NCBI GenBank assembly: GCA_023920165.1
Contig: CP089281.1
Span: 1,364,001 to 1,428,000, forward strand
Reading direction: 5' to 3'
DNA from: Curvularia clavata
Taxonomy: Eukaryota
DNA length: 64,000 bases
Below the pieces are notes generated by a model. The model worked only from the letters and a program-made list of their open reading frames with translations, had not been told where the DNA came from and did no database searches. Below are positions 9,256 through 20,619 of the stretch, piece after piece; the first letter of the stretch is position 1; every line of letters starts with the position of its first letter. A program made the translations under genes and the position numbers.

Positions 9256-10113
9256 GATGATTTGACGCGTCTTTGGACAAGAAGGGCTATAGCATACGTT
9301 CCTCTCCTCTGTCTCTTTCTCTTTCAGGGTAACGAACGACCTTTCTTCTTTCATTGTCTTCCGGAGCAACGACTATGGATAGGAGGTTCATGGTGTTTTC
9401 AACGAGGGAAGGAATCTCTACTCTTCTTTTCATGAAAATGCACACGGCGTCTGGGTTGGCATGAATGTACTAGTAATGAAAGCTAGTTATACGTAGGTAA
9501 TCTACGTAGATGTAATATTTTGGTAAAGTCATCCCGACGTCTTGACTGGCTGTGATGCTTTCTTGGAGTATAGGGTCACGAGTACTAATCCTAGGCAAGC
9601 AGTGATCTCCCCGCTGTTCACCTGAAGGATATACCTAAAGACCACACCCAATTTCGTGTGTGGTGGTGACATAACTTTTTGGAAATTCACATAGGCTCCC
9701 GCCTCTGGGCTACATCATTGCGACCAAGCCTGCGCTGCTGCAGTGTCCCATTGGACTCCACATTCGTGCTACAACCTGACAACGCATTCTGCCGTGTACA
9801 CACAAGCAGCCACAACAACAATATGCTTCGTCATCATGATCGCAGCGCATTCTCGTGGCTTTACGAGACAAGAGGCAGTCATCCAAACCACGGGATGCTG
9901 GGTACGACTCCAGCTGCAGTATTTTGTCATGAAGAAACATTCGTTGTCGTGTCCAAGCATCCCAAACGCGGTATACCACTGGTAGCAGTAGTAGCCATGC
10001 AGCGAGATACCCCACTTCCACCGACCCATTGTCCCATTTCGTATAATACACACTATTCATACATACATACACTTCATACATCGTACATCGTACACATTTC
10101 CTTTCCTGTCTGG

Positions 10114-10659
10114 TTATTGGTCCTTCCCATTCCCCTCTTGCCCTTCATCCTCGACCACCCGCATCTGACCCGACGCGGCAATCATTTCCGAAATGGTATT
10201 CGGTATATCGTCCTCGCTTTCGTATATCCTATCATAGTTTAACCTTTTCCTCAGCACCGCCCTCGCCTCTTTTAAATTCGAAATATCAAATGTCCACATT
10301 GCGCCGCCGAGCGCCATGATGCCCACGCTGACACAGTTCATAGTCGCCAGATTAAGTGCTTGGCAGGCGTCGGAGAAGGGACTGAAGTACTCGTGCGGAT
10401 TGGTGTTGGGGTTGTAAAAGGCGGGTTTTAGGCGGAGTTGCCGCCGCCAGATGGCTTTTCTAGTTATGGCTGTCGAGGCGAGCAGGCAGGCGCTGCCGAG
10501 GAAGTAGATAGAGAGCTGGCGGAGGGAGCGCGGGGAGGTGATGGGCGTGGTTTGGTAAGCGGGCGAGGTTGTGGGTGGGGGTGGAGGCGGGTTCCCCGGT
10601 GGGGGAGGGCTGGATCGGGTCATGGTTCGGAAGAGAGGGGCTTTTTGGAGTGCTTCCAT
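10114..10659 (-). CDS. AIM11: Altered inheritance of mitochondria protein 11-like
   Basis: Two hydrophobic helices with SLRQLSIYFLG...ITRKAIWRR and QALNLATMN...GGAMWTFDISNLKE, resembling the Aim11 family. Confidence 0.78.
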   Translation of the reverse strand: MEALQKAPLFRTMTRSSPPPPGNPPPPPPTTSPAYQTTPITSPRSLRQLSIYFLGSACLLASTAITRKAIWRRQLRLKPAFYNPNTNPHEYFSPFSDACQALNLATMNCVSVGIMALGGAMWTFDISNLKEARAVLRKRLNYDRIYESEDDIPNTISEMIAASGQMRVVEDEGQEGNGKDQ

Positions 10660-11843
10660 CAAGCCTTAGGCTGTGCGGGGTGCGATTGACGTGTGGTGAG
10701 GTTGGTCGCAGTCTTAGTGTTGCATTTTCTGGGATCGTTGCGGACCCCCGAGACGGTGTGGAGAGTGTGTATGGCGGGCTGATCGTCCGTTGGTCGTGTT
10801 TTAGGTAACACTGTACAAGGGAGAAGAATTGTACGGGTTGTTTTCCGAGGGGAAAGTGGCGTTTCCGGGACAATGGCACAGAGAGTTCATAGAGGTAGGA
10901 CGTTACAAAAAAGTTGCGATGGAACCAGGACCGCGGTTGGTGGACCCTTGGTCTGTGCGCATACATCTTTACTACAGTCCCCGCAAGACGTCGCTCTATC
11001 TTCACTTGCCTCTTGGATACTTACAACCTCGAGTTTTGCCATTGTCATACTTTGAGATGTATTGTTGAGATTCCATCATGTGGGGGCTTACCAGACGGAG
11101 CAGGCTGAGCTTGTAATTACCTAGCATCGTGACACAAAGCGGACCTGGTCTTCGTGGATAGCTACAGCTACAGCCACAGCCACCCAAGGATAATCGTCAA
11201 GAACACACGAAAGATCGACTCATCGGGTTCCTACTGGATCGCCTAGTTCGCTCGTTAGTCACACCGAGATCTTTCCGGAACGTGTAGTTCAGTATGTTGG
11301 CTGAGAGGTCAGCTTGAACACGGCAGCCTGCAGCACGAATAACGTGCATTGCATCTGCTGTGAGTATTGGCAGTCCATTTCGTCACTGGAATACTGCACC
11401 TATTGGCTAGAGAGGTTATCGACACCTGCAATACCTTTTGTCGCACTGGCAGGGATCACGGTGTGAAGAGATGAAGACTCGCCCCGTCCCAAACACTTAT
11501 GCCATTCAGTGACTGTCTTTGGGAACTTTATCATTTATCAGATCCAATTCATATCCCACCTTGATCAAAAGCTCTTCGAGACACGAACACACATCGTTAA
11601 GGCGAGATCTAGTTTCATTCAGCTGTTGCGAAGGCTGACCAGCTGGCACTGCGTGGCCCGATTTTGTGACTCGATGTGCAGAACAGTACAATAACACAAC
11701 ACAAGACATGGCCTTTCACTCGGTGAGAATATGCAAGCCCGCTCTGCCTTGTGTACATGCCACGTAGGGAACGGCAAAGCAACGGCTGTCAGAATAGAAG
11801 CAGCGGAATTAGAAATTTTTGCATGAAATGGGCTTTTGAGAGA

Positions 11844-11850
11844 TATAAAA
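11844..11850 (+). promoter_or_regulatory. Putative TATA box
   Basis: TATAAAA about 110 bp upstream of the ATG at 11958. Confidence 0.45.
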
Positions 11851-11957
11851 CAACTGCTCTACTCCGCTTGAGCGGATATAGCAGTGAGAAGAATAACAAT
11901 ATTCACTCCACAGCGCAAAACTGTCACTGAAAAAATACGTCTGAATCATCATCCACG

Positions 11958-12719
11958 ATGCTTTTCACAGATCTCATCATCTTCCTCGCTCTATCTTCTC
12001 TCTCGGTTGCCCTACCAGGGCAGCCCGAAACTCCACCCCAAACAACCTCCGTATACGGAGTGCCTTCTCCAGCAAAAGAAACTATCTGCACTCCCCGTAC
12101 GCACGACCTCTCCTCCCCTCCTCCGCTACAACTAACACCAATCACTCATAGTAACCTGGATCACTTCCATTGTCGGTGAAGGAAAGACGACTTACTTTTC
12201 CACCAAGACGGTAGTTGTACCCGTCCCCACCGTCATCGAGAAGCCCTCTACGACCGTTTCTCCTTGCCCATACACCACTACGGGTACCAGCACCACAGTA
12301 TGTTTACGCAGCTTTTCATCATTCTAAACAGTTCTTACAACACAAAACTAGACCCTCACCTCCCTCACCACCAACTACTGGACCAAAACCTACTCCGTCG
12401 TGACCACTATCTACAACACCAAAGTCGAAAGTGCCATTAAGTCTTTCACGCACGTCGAAACAGTGCCATTTACGTAAGTTCTTATCCCTCCTTCAATTCT
12501 CATCTTGCTACAGCGATCCAAAATTTTTAAACTAACACCGAACCCAGTTCCGTGGGCACTTCCTACAAGACAAGTGTCACAACTGCCAAGGAGACTGCGA
12601 CGGTATCCGTGACCACTGTTTCTGTGGCGACGCAAACGGCAAACGTGCCGAGTACGTATATCTCTACGGGTACGAAGACCGTGTGCACGACGAAGGGTGG
12701 ATATGGGGGTGGGTATTGA
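11958..12719 (+). CDS. Small secreted Thr/Val-rich protein (192 aa); exons 11958-12096, 12152-12297, 12352-12473, 12548-12719
   Basis: Signal peptide MLFTDLIIFLALSSLSVA. Three GT-AG introns join into one open frame ending KTVCTTKGGYGGGY*. The ORF track does not show the spliced product. Confidence 0.85.
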
Positions 12720-13046
12720 GTGCGTGGCCAAGTGGTGAGGAGCAGGTAGTGCTGGAGCTTGAGAGGACGAGTAATCTTTGTAGCGCTCTGCTTTGACTCT
12801 ACACGCTCATGATGCGTGTGTCGCTCCTTTGACAACAGTGCACCGGTAACAAGTCGTTGGTAGAAAGATACTTGAATCAAAGAGTATAATTGTATCTACA
12901 TTCTCAATCATTACTTTCTATCTCAGAATTTGGTATCGCAAGCATGGACATGCAGCAAAATAACCTCTCCTCTCTTTTGGATGGCCGACCATCGGCAAAT
13001 CCGACATTATCAACCCTTTACAATCATCCAAATCTCCCTTCAAAAT

Positions 13047-14500
13047 CTAGTACCTCGACCTGTGGTTCGGTCGTTGGGGGGCCTGCATCATGGCCAAACG
13101 AGCCGGGTTCATACCGAAAGTCTCAGCTTCGGAAGGCTTTTCTGGCGCCGCCTCGGCCTCCTGTTCAGCACCAGCCCCCTTGCCGAGCTTGGCTTCCTTC
13201 TTTTGCTTGCGTTCGCTCTGCTTCATCTCAAGCTCGGCCTTCTTGACGCGGTCGCGGGCGCGCTCGTCGTGGAGCTTCTCGTTCTTGGCTGCGATCTTGG
13301 CTTTGCGGGTTTCGCTGTTGCCGCCGCCTCCAGCACTGTTTGTAGTATGTTAGGATCTGCATTCATAGACTGGGAATAGTCTGGCATGTGGAATCGACAT
13401 ACCTGAGCTCAACATTGATCTTCCTGCCCTCCTTCTTCTTGGGATCGGGGAATACGGAGTGGTGGTACTTCTTCAGGCATGTCACCATGCGGTCGAAGCG
13501 ATCGAACTCGACGAAGCATGTACCCATGAACTTGTCAGAACCCTTGTATGTGCGCAGACGAATCTCGGTAGGCTTGATCTTCTCGAAGTGCTTCTCGATC
13601 TGCTCTTTGGTTGCGGAGTAAGGGAGGTTGCCTGTGGATTTCTTGTTAGTAGGAAATATATGGGGTAGGCTGATGGTTAGACATACCAACGAAAACAATG
13701 AAGCGACCTTGGTTGGCGTCAACTGCAGCCTGGGCCTCCTCTGCATCCTCTTCATTGACTTCCTCCACAACGTCTGCTTCTTCTGCAGTAGCCTCGCCAT
13801 TGGTCTCAGCTGTAGGCTTTTCCTCGACCTCTCCATTAGCCTCAGCTTTGTCAGACTTCTTTGACTTCTTTTCCTTTTTCTCTTTCTTCTCCTTCTTCTC
13901 CTTCTTCTCCTTCTTGTCTTTCTTCTTTTCCTTCTTCGCAGCCTTCGAGTCGGCATCGGCATTGTTGGTCTCTGCCGGCGCATCCTCTAGTGTGCCATTC
14001 TGCTTCTCAACAACGTCTTCCATAGGCGTATCCTCGCCCTGCTTTGATTTCTTCGACTCCTTGTCCTTCTTGGACTTCTTCTTTTCCTTCTTTTCCTTCT
14101 TAGCCGGCGCGTCAGTCGCGTCGGGCATTGGCTCGTCGTCGTTGACAGAAATAAAGTTCTCAGAGCTCTTCATCTCGTCGATGAGCTCAGCCTCTCCAGC
14201 AGGCGCCTCTTCGGAAGCCTCGACATCCTTGGACTTTTTGGACTTCTTAGATTTTTTCTCCTTCTTGTCCTTCTTCGCGTCCTCTGGAGCCTCGTCGGCA
14301 GCAGTGGCATCAGCGCTGTCCTTGGACTTCTTAGATTTCTTGTCCTTCTTTTCCTTCTTGACTTCGGCCGCTTCGACTACCGGTACGTCCTGAGTATCCT
14401 CGACCTTCTTGGACTTTTTAGACTTCTTCGGTGCATCCTCTGCTACCTCGGCATCGCGCTTGCGCTTCTTCTCGACGCTGTCAACCTTGGACTTGGACAT
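13047..14500 (-). CDS. NOP6: Nucleolar RRM protein, Nop6-like, with KKE/KKD-rich N-terminus; 2 introns
   Basis: Spliced RFIVFVGNLPYSAT (RNP2), GTCFVEF (RNP1), RKINVEL-[S/T]AGGGGNS, and C-terminal GMNPARL. Confidence 0.82.
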
Positions 14501-14665
14501 GATGGTGGCGCAAAAATGTTGTAGTAATGTTGTAGCGTCGCAAGCGGAAATTCTGAACCCTTGAACTTTTTCTGCCGGGCGGTGACGCGAGCGCCGTCTT
14601 GGCGCGTGAACCGTGGATGGCGGCAGAGCACATTTCATGAGACGATCGAGCAATTGCAAACCACA

Positions 14666-16411
14666 ATGCGGCCGCCGGCGCATCTGTCAAAGCTGCCACG
14701 GGGCGCTTTGAAGCCTCCAAGAAACTACGTTTCCAATTGTTCTCCTTGCCCGCGCCAGTTTTCCTACAGACACCCCCGCCAATTCCTCATTGCCCACCAA
14801 GGCTCTGCGCGGCCCCAACTTCCGTTCCTCTACCCCTCCGGTCAGCACCTCTCCAATGGCCAACTTCAACGTCTGTTCTCCATAAGCGCGACGCATAAGA
14901 AATTTATAAAAGATACTGCGAAACTGAGTGTGCGATACACCATCCTGATTTTTTTGATCACGTCATGCTTCAGCATCGCAAGTTTGGGCATATTGAGCGA
15001 GCAACAAGAGCGAGCATTTCCGTCGCCACATGAATGGAGTCTGATTACGCGGTTCAGGTTTAGGAGGGGAAAGTGGTGGCAAGTTCCAGAAAACAACGAG
15101 GAAGAGGGCTTCCCTAATTGGGCACGAGTGTACTCGGAGTTGGAATATGCGCTGAAACGGCTAGAAAACCCAGACAAGGACGGAGCTGGTCTCGTGGAGC
15201 AAGAAGATGGAGGTATCCTGGTGCCAGGAGTAGGCAAGGCAGGATTCGATATCTCCGCAAAGAGCGAAGAGTGGAGGCAAGGTTACTATGAAGTGCTCAT
15301 GGGTATGGCTAGTGCGGCAGAGCGACTGGATGGATGGGTTACGGATAAGTGGAGGAGGAACGTGTGGGCACCAGAATTCGTTCCGTCGGCCACAAATCCG
15401 CGACCGAAAGCTGTGCTCCCTGGTATGCCAGAAGTACCCGACCAAGAGCATCGTGTTCCTGCTGCTGAAGCACCCGAGTCGTTCTATCTCAAAATCATCA
15501 CCTCCAAAGGATTCACTACATACCAAAGACTGTCTGCTGCGTTGGGATATGCCGATTGGCTCAACTTCAGGAAGTTACCTGACTCTGCCGAAGAGATGTA
15601 CAGATGGGCCCTGGATATTGCTATATCCGGTCTCCCGACTCCTGAGCCGTCTGCGGTCATCGACCGAGAGACTGCAGTTCTGTCCTCTACAGCACCAAAA
15701 GCATCGATAACTCCGAACGTTGTTTACGCTGCTACAAATCTGGCCGTTTTCCTGGCTGAACAAAGAAGGGTCGCGTCCGCGTTACCGATCTTTGTCTCTC
15801 TGCTCCGCGCTCGTATGAGTGCAGACGAAGCCAACACACCTACCATCGGAACACAGAAGGATTCCAGCTTGGTGGGCACCTTGGTCAGCCTCCTCCGCGA
15901 GCCAGATTATCCCCCTGTCCCACCTTCAGGGGACGAACCTCTATTGCGCAAAGAAAGTGATCGCTGCGAGGAAGCTGCGCTCAAGAACTATATTGGCGAG
16001 ATTCTCTTCGCGACTGCCGGTTCGTCTTCAGCTCAGCGCCAACAGGGTCTTTCTTGGGTCCGCGATGGAGTCTCTACCTCCAAGATTGCACAGTCTCTAG
16101 ACGCTATACGCACCAATGACGATCTCCGCAAAAAGTGCGAACGATGCGAGGAGGTCGGCCTAGAATCTTGGGGAAAGATCATGACGTACCTTGCTGCTGA
16201 AGCTAAAGAAAAGCGCGAAAAGGCAAAGAACGGATGGCTCTCAAGTTTGTTGTGGAAAGTCAAGGGAACAAAGGCACTAGATGAAGAAGTAGAGAATTTG
16301 GAGGGTGAGGAAGAGGGTGTCACGCTCAGGCTGAATAAGTTAAGGAGTAAGATGCTCAAGGAGGAGTACGAAGAGATGGATCGCAAGTACGCGAGGACAT
16401 TTGTATTCTAG
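14666..16411 (+). CDS. Hypothetical protein, probably mitochondrial, single TM plus helical/TPR-like region
   Basis: 581-codon intronless ORF. Arg-rich, acid-free N-terminus (presequence-like) and one TM segment (YTILIFLITSCFSIASLGIL). Confidence 0.75.
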   Translation: MRPPAHLSKLPRGALKPPRNYVSNCSPCPRQFSYRHPRQFLIAHQGSARPQLPFLYPSGQHLSNGQLQRLFSISATHKKFIKDTAKLSVRYTILIFLITSCFSIASLGILSEQQERAFPSPHEWSLITRFRFRRGKWWQVPENNEEEGFPNWARVYSELEYALKRLENPDKDGAGLVEQEDGGILVPGVGKAGFDISAKSEEWRQGYYEVLMGMASAAERLDGWVTDKWRRNVWAPEFVPSATNPRPKAVLPGMPEVPDQEHRVPAAEAPESFYLKIITSKGFTTYQRLSAALGYADWLNFRKLPDSAEEMYRWALDIAISGLPTPEPSAVIDRETAVLSSTAPKASITPNVVYAATNLAVFLAEQRRVASALPIFVSLLRARMSADEANTPTIGTQKDSSLVGTLVSLLREPDYPPVPPSGDEPLLRKESDRCEEAALKNYIGEILFATAGSSSAQRQQGLSWVRDGVSTSKIAQSLDAIRTNDDLRKKCERCEEVGLESWGKIMTYLAAEAKEKREKAKNGWLSSLLWKVKGTKALDEEVENLEGEEEGVTLRLNKLRSKMLKEEYEEMDRKYARTFVF

Positions 16412-17408
16412 AAGCTGACTGTACGATATATTTCACATGAACAACAGCATGGCAGACCGACCACAAGGGACTCTGCGGCTTCAAAGCGAGTTTTCAAAAT
16501 TAGGCCTGCTCTTCATTCACATAACGCGATGTCGAGAACTGCCTTGCTCCACGTGCAAACTGATTCGCTCAGGCTTCAGTTCGGCCTCAACGTGCTTTTG
16601 CACATGGGACAATGCATGCGGCCGAACAACAGTTCAAGGGACGTCACAAGGCAAAGTTCTACTGATGTTCGGCATCTCGTTTAGGAAGGTCACACAACTC
16701 GGTTCTTAACACCATCTCCTCCACACCCCCAGCATCCTCGTTTCACTCGTGAGCGCCGCAGAGTCATCAGATGCATAACCTGCAGATCCCCCTTTCCTTT
16801 TCTCAAGTGCGCTCGGCATCAGCGACACCTTTGCGCAAAAGGGTAGCTCACTCGGGTCGCTCGTTAGCCACGCATTTCAGCTCGCAAATAGCAAGCTGTT
16901 AACATTGCTGAAGTTTTAGTGCTTCATTAATCAATCAGCTGGGCGTTTACCCTATCATAGTCTTTGCGTCCTTGCGCCTGGTTCGCCACGTCTAGCTTCG
17001 CATCAGGGGCCTAACCACATGGCGGCCTGCCATGCACGCCACACCCGCTTAGTACTCCGAGTCGAATGGGACCCGGCTAATAGTCACCTTTTCTTTTCGT
17101 CTGGCCGACACGTGTGATTACGTTTTCCTTTTATTGGCAAGAGCCAAGATGCTCATTTGCACGGGGTCGGCGAATAATATTGCAGCGAGGAGGTGTGCAT
17201 AGACGTGTAACTCGCATGCAGATGTGTGTGTGTGGAGGCCAAAGTATGTAGGGGGATATGCATAGTGCTATGGGGGTGGGAAGGTCAAGTCGGCTCAGCT
17301 GAACGAGGTCTTGTGTGCAAGAGATGCAGATATCATATAAGATGGCTGCCGGAGCTGTACTCGATACTGTCCTGGCTTCCTTTTGGCATATCCTTAAAGG
17401 CAAACATA

Positions 17409-18616
17409 ATGGGTTTGACGTCGCTCATCGCCGTTGTGGCGGTCGCCGCATCTGTGGTAAACGGAGTACCTCTTACACTGCAAGAAAGACAAGTACCAAG
17501 TGGAGTACCTGACTATGTGTTGAAATATGGTAAGTAATATCTGGCCATGAATGAAAGGAAACAAGCTCTTCTAACACCGTCCAGCTCCCTTAGTGTATCT
17601 TCACTCAGAGGAAGCGTATAACCCGACGGATCTTCAAGCGTTCCTCAACCATGTCACTCCTCGTGTGAATTTTCAAGAAGTCTCTGGACCCTCCAAGCCA
17701 CTGACAACCTCGAACCTGGATCAGATGGCCAATAACGTTTGGCTCACTTCCAACGACGACGTGACCACGAATCCGGAATGGATCAAAGGCACCAAGCCTA
17801 ACGCAAGTGGCAAGACGGAGGGAGCGACAACTGCAGCCATTATCGTGAACGACAAGGGAAATGGCAACGTGGATGCATTCTACATGTATTTTTATGCCTA
17901 CAATTATGGCGGTGAAGTGCTAGGCTGGAAATCGTTGAACTTTGGTATGCTCAGTCACTTTTCCTTCACTTCGGTCACCGCATGCGCTAGCAAGGCATTG
18001 AAATAGTGCTAATATTTATCATCTAGGCAATCACGTAGGGGACTGGGAGCACACCATGGTCCGTTTTGCCAACGGTCAGCCCACCGGCGTTTGGTTCTCG
18101 CAGCACGCCAACGGCCAAGCCTTCCGCTACTCAGCCGTCGAAAAAGACTCCGCGGGCGTTCGTCCTCTCGCCTATTCTGCCAAAGGCTCACACGCAAACT
18201 ACGCCATGGGCGGAACCCACGACCACACAATCCCCAATCTCAATCTCCCTGGTGGCGTCCTCGAAGACTACACCAACAAAGGTACACTGTGGGACCCGGT
18301 GCTTAGTGCGTGGTACTACAGATACACGCCTAGCAGCAATACGTTCGAAGCTTACGACGGAAGCGCGCCGACAGCTTGGCTCAACTTCAAGGGTCACTGG
18401 GGAGACCAAGAGTATCCTGAGAGCGACAAGAGACAGTTTAAGCTTTTTGGTCAAGCCAAGTTCTCGGGTGGTCCGACGGGGCCGGCAGACAAGCAGTTGA
18501 ACAGAGACAAGATTTGCCCTAACAACGGGAAACTGTGCATTTTGCGAAGTATACTTGTGCCAAGAAAACGAGGTATGGATGGCGCCATGTTGGAAGGAGA
18601 TAAGGTTGTAGGCTGA
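17409..18616 (+). CDS. Secreted Vps62/DUF946-like protein; 2 introns
   Basis: Signal peptide, spliced VPDYVLKYAPLVYLHSEE, VDAFYMYFYAYNYG, FGNHVGDWEH, YSAKGSHANY, WLNFKGHWGD. Confidence 0.85.
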
Positions 18617-19501
18617 ATGGCGAAGGAGGATGAATAGACTTGATACCCGATTTTAGCATGAAAGGATATAATGGTAATTTTTACTTCGCATGTTTGCAGA
18701 TTGCAGTAAGACGTTCTTTCAGTCCCGCGCGCAAGCATAGACTCTGAACTTGGAGCTCTTCGGGACGATATGTTGGAACACAGGCCGGGAAAACATGCAG
18801 TAGACCCTTAGCTGCATCTTGGAGTCACAATGGATTAGTTGGTTGTCCCAACAGGTTCGACAGAAAATATTGCCTGGATGCAGGCTGTTACGGTCAGGTC
18901 TAGAGACCACATGACTTAGTGTCTGGGAAGTGCAGTAGAAGCGCGTGTCTTGGAAGTGACAGACGCACGAGGTCAACACTGGAGATCCTTCTATGCACAT
19001 ATTGGTACACTTCTAGCCTACATGCTACCTGGAACATGCACAACCTTCCGACGAGACCAATCAACAAGGGCCCCACCAACGTACAGGTATAGAGACGGGA
19101 CCTAGTGTACTCTGCACCAGCTCCACAGCAGCCAAGCAGATGATTAAGCTAACTTACTAAACAATAAGTATGCGAACGCATTTGTAAAGACTGTTAGTGC
19201 AACCAGATGGGGCTGCAAGTAAGCATGCAGTCAGCCTTCTGCCGAACCTCCTGAGCCAATAAGATCGAAGACATTAGCCTAGTATGACGACGCGATAAGG
19301 CGACATATTGGATGCAATTGGAATGTATCAAATCAAGTTTACTGCGGTGACAAATTGTGGTACCTATTGTAACGGAGGCGTTTTGTATATATTCTGGTGG
19401 CATGGCGGACAGGAATGCAGGCATTTATCTCTTGTACGGCTACACAGCACCTCAACTTTCATCAGATTGATTGTGAAGAAAGATTACCAAATATACCCAG
19501 G

Positions 19502-20619
19502 ATGCCACTTTCCACGGATGCTCAAGTTCTGGAGACGAGCAATGGCCTTGTGAGCACGCTTCGCGGTATGGCGGGCGGTGCTGCACAGAGCTTTAGACCA
19601 GGTACATTCAATCTCCCTGCATGACCCTTTTCCAGACTTGGGATTCATGATAGTCACCCATATAAAGCCTATTAAGGTTTGTTCTTGATGGTAATTGCTA
19701 ACACTCACCTCCAATAGCCCACGCAAAAGGTCACCTTCTAACTGGAACTTTCACGCCCACATCATCGGCCTCCGAACTCACCTCCGCACCGCATTTCAAT
19801 GCTCCATCTACGCCAATTACCGTACGCTTCTCTTCCTCTACGGGCTTCCCCAACATCCCTGATACAGACCCCAATGCCAACCCACGCGGCATTGCAATCC
19901 GATTTCACCTACCTGAGCGCGACGGCAAACGCCAGCACACTGATATCATCGCCCACTCCACCAAATACTTTCCCACGCGCACGGGAGCTGAATTCCTAGA
20001 GTTCCTCAAAGCTGCAACTGGCGGCAATGCCGAAACAGCAGTCCCCGAATTCCTCGGTCGACACCCGGAGACAGCCAGGTTCCTTCAGGACCCCAAGCCC
20101 AGTCCAGAAAGCTTCGCAACTGAAAAGTTCTTTGGCGTGAATGCCTTCAAATTCACCAAGGATGGCAAGACCACGACGCTACGATACCGCATCGTGCCTG
20201 TCGCAGGAGAAAAGCACCTCGACGCCGAAACGCTGAAAAGCAAGTCTTCCACCTACCTCTTCGACGAGTTCCCGCAGCGCCTTGCCCAAAGCCCGATAGA
20301 GTTCAAGCTCGTGGCACAAATAGCAGAAGAAGGTGATGTCACTGACAACGCGACTGTGATCTGGCCCGACGAGCGGAAACTAGTAGAGTTGGGTGCAATC
20401 AAGATCGAGAAGACAATCGGCGACGAAGAGAGTTTGGAAAAGCAACGGACTGTCATTTTTGATCCTATACCTAGAGTGGAGGGGGTGGAGCCGAGCGACG
20501 ATCCGCTGTTGGATGTCCGTGCTAATGTGTATTTGATTTCTGGGAAGCAGCGACGTGAGGCTGAGCCGGTGAAGGGCGGGGTGGAGGCTACGACGGGCGC
20601 TGCCGTGGCTGCGACTTAG
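19502..20619 (+). CDS. Catalase-related heme protein (SrpA-like small catalase/peroxidase); intron 19602-19717
   Basis: Spliced FRPAHAKG (distal His), VRFSSSTG, NPRGIAIRF, FFGVNAFKF, FDPIPRVEGVEPSDDPLLDVRANVY (proximal Tyr). Confidence 0.9.

Noticed and set aside
11506..11709. Short minus-strand ORF with helical-looking sequence
   Set aside because: 67 aa, no recognisable motif and no convincing splice partners.
13698..14393. Long Phe/Ser-rich + strand ORF (likewise 3508..4206, 44173..44790, 55744..56361, 60203..61516)
   Set aside because: Antisense shadows of real genes with biased codon usage.
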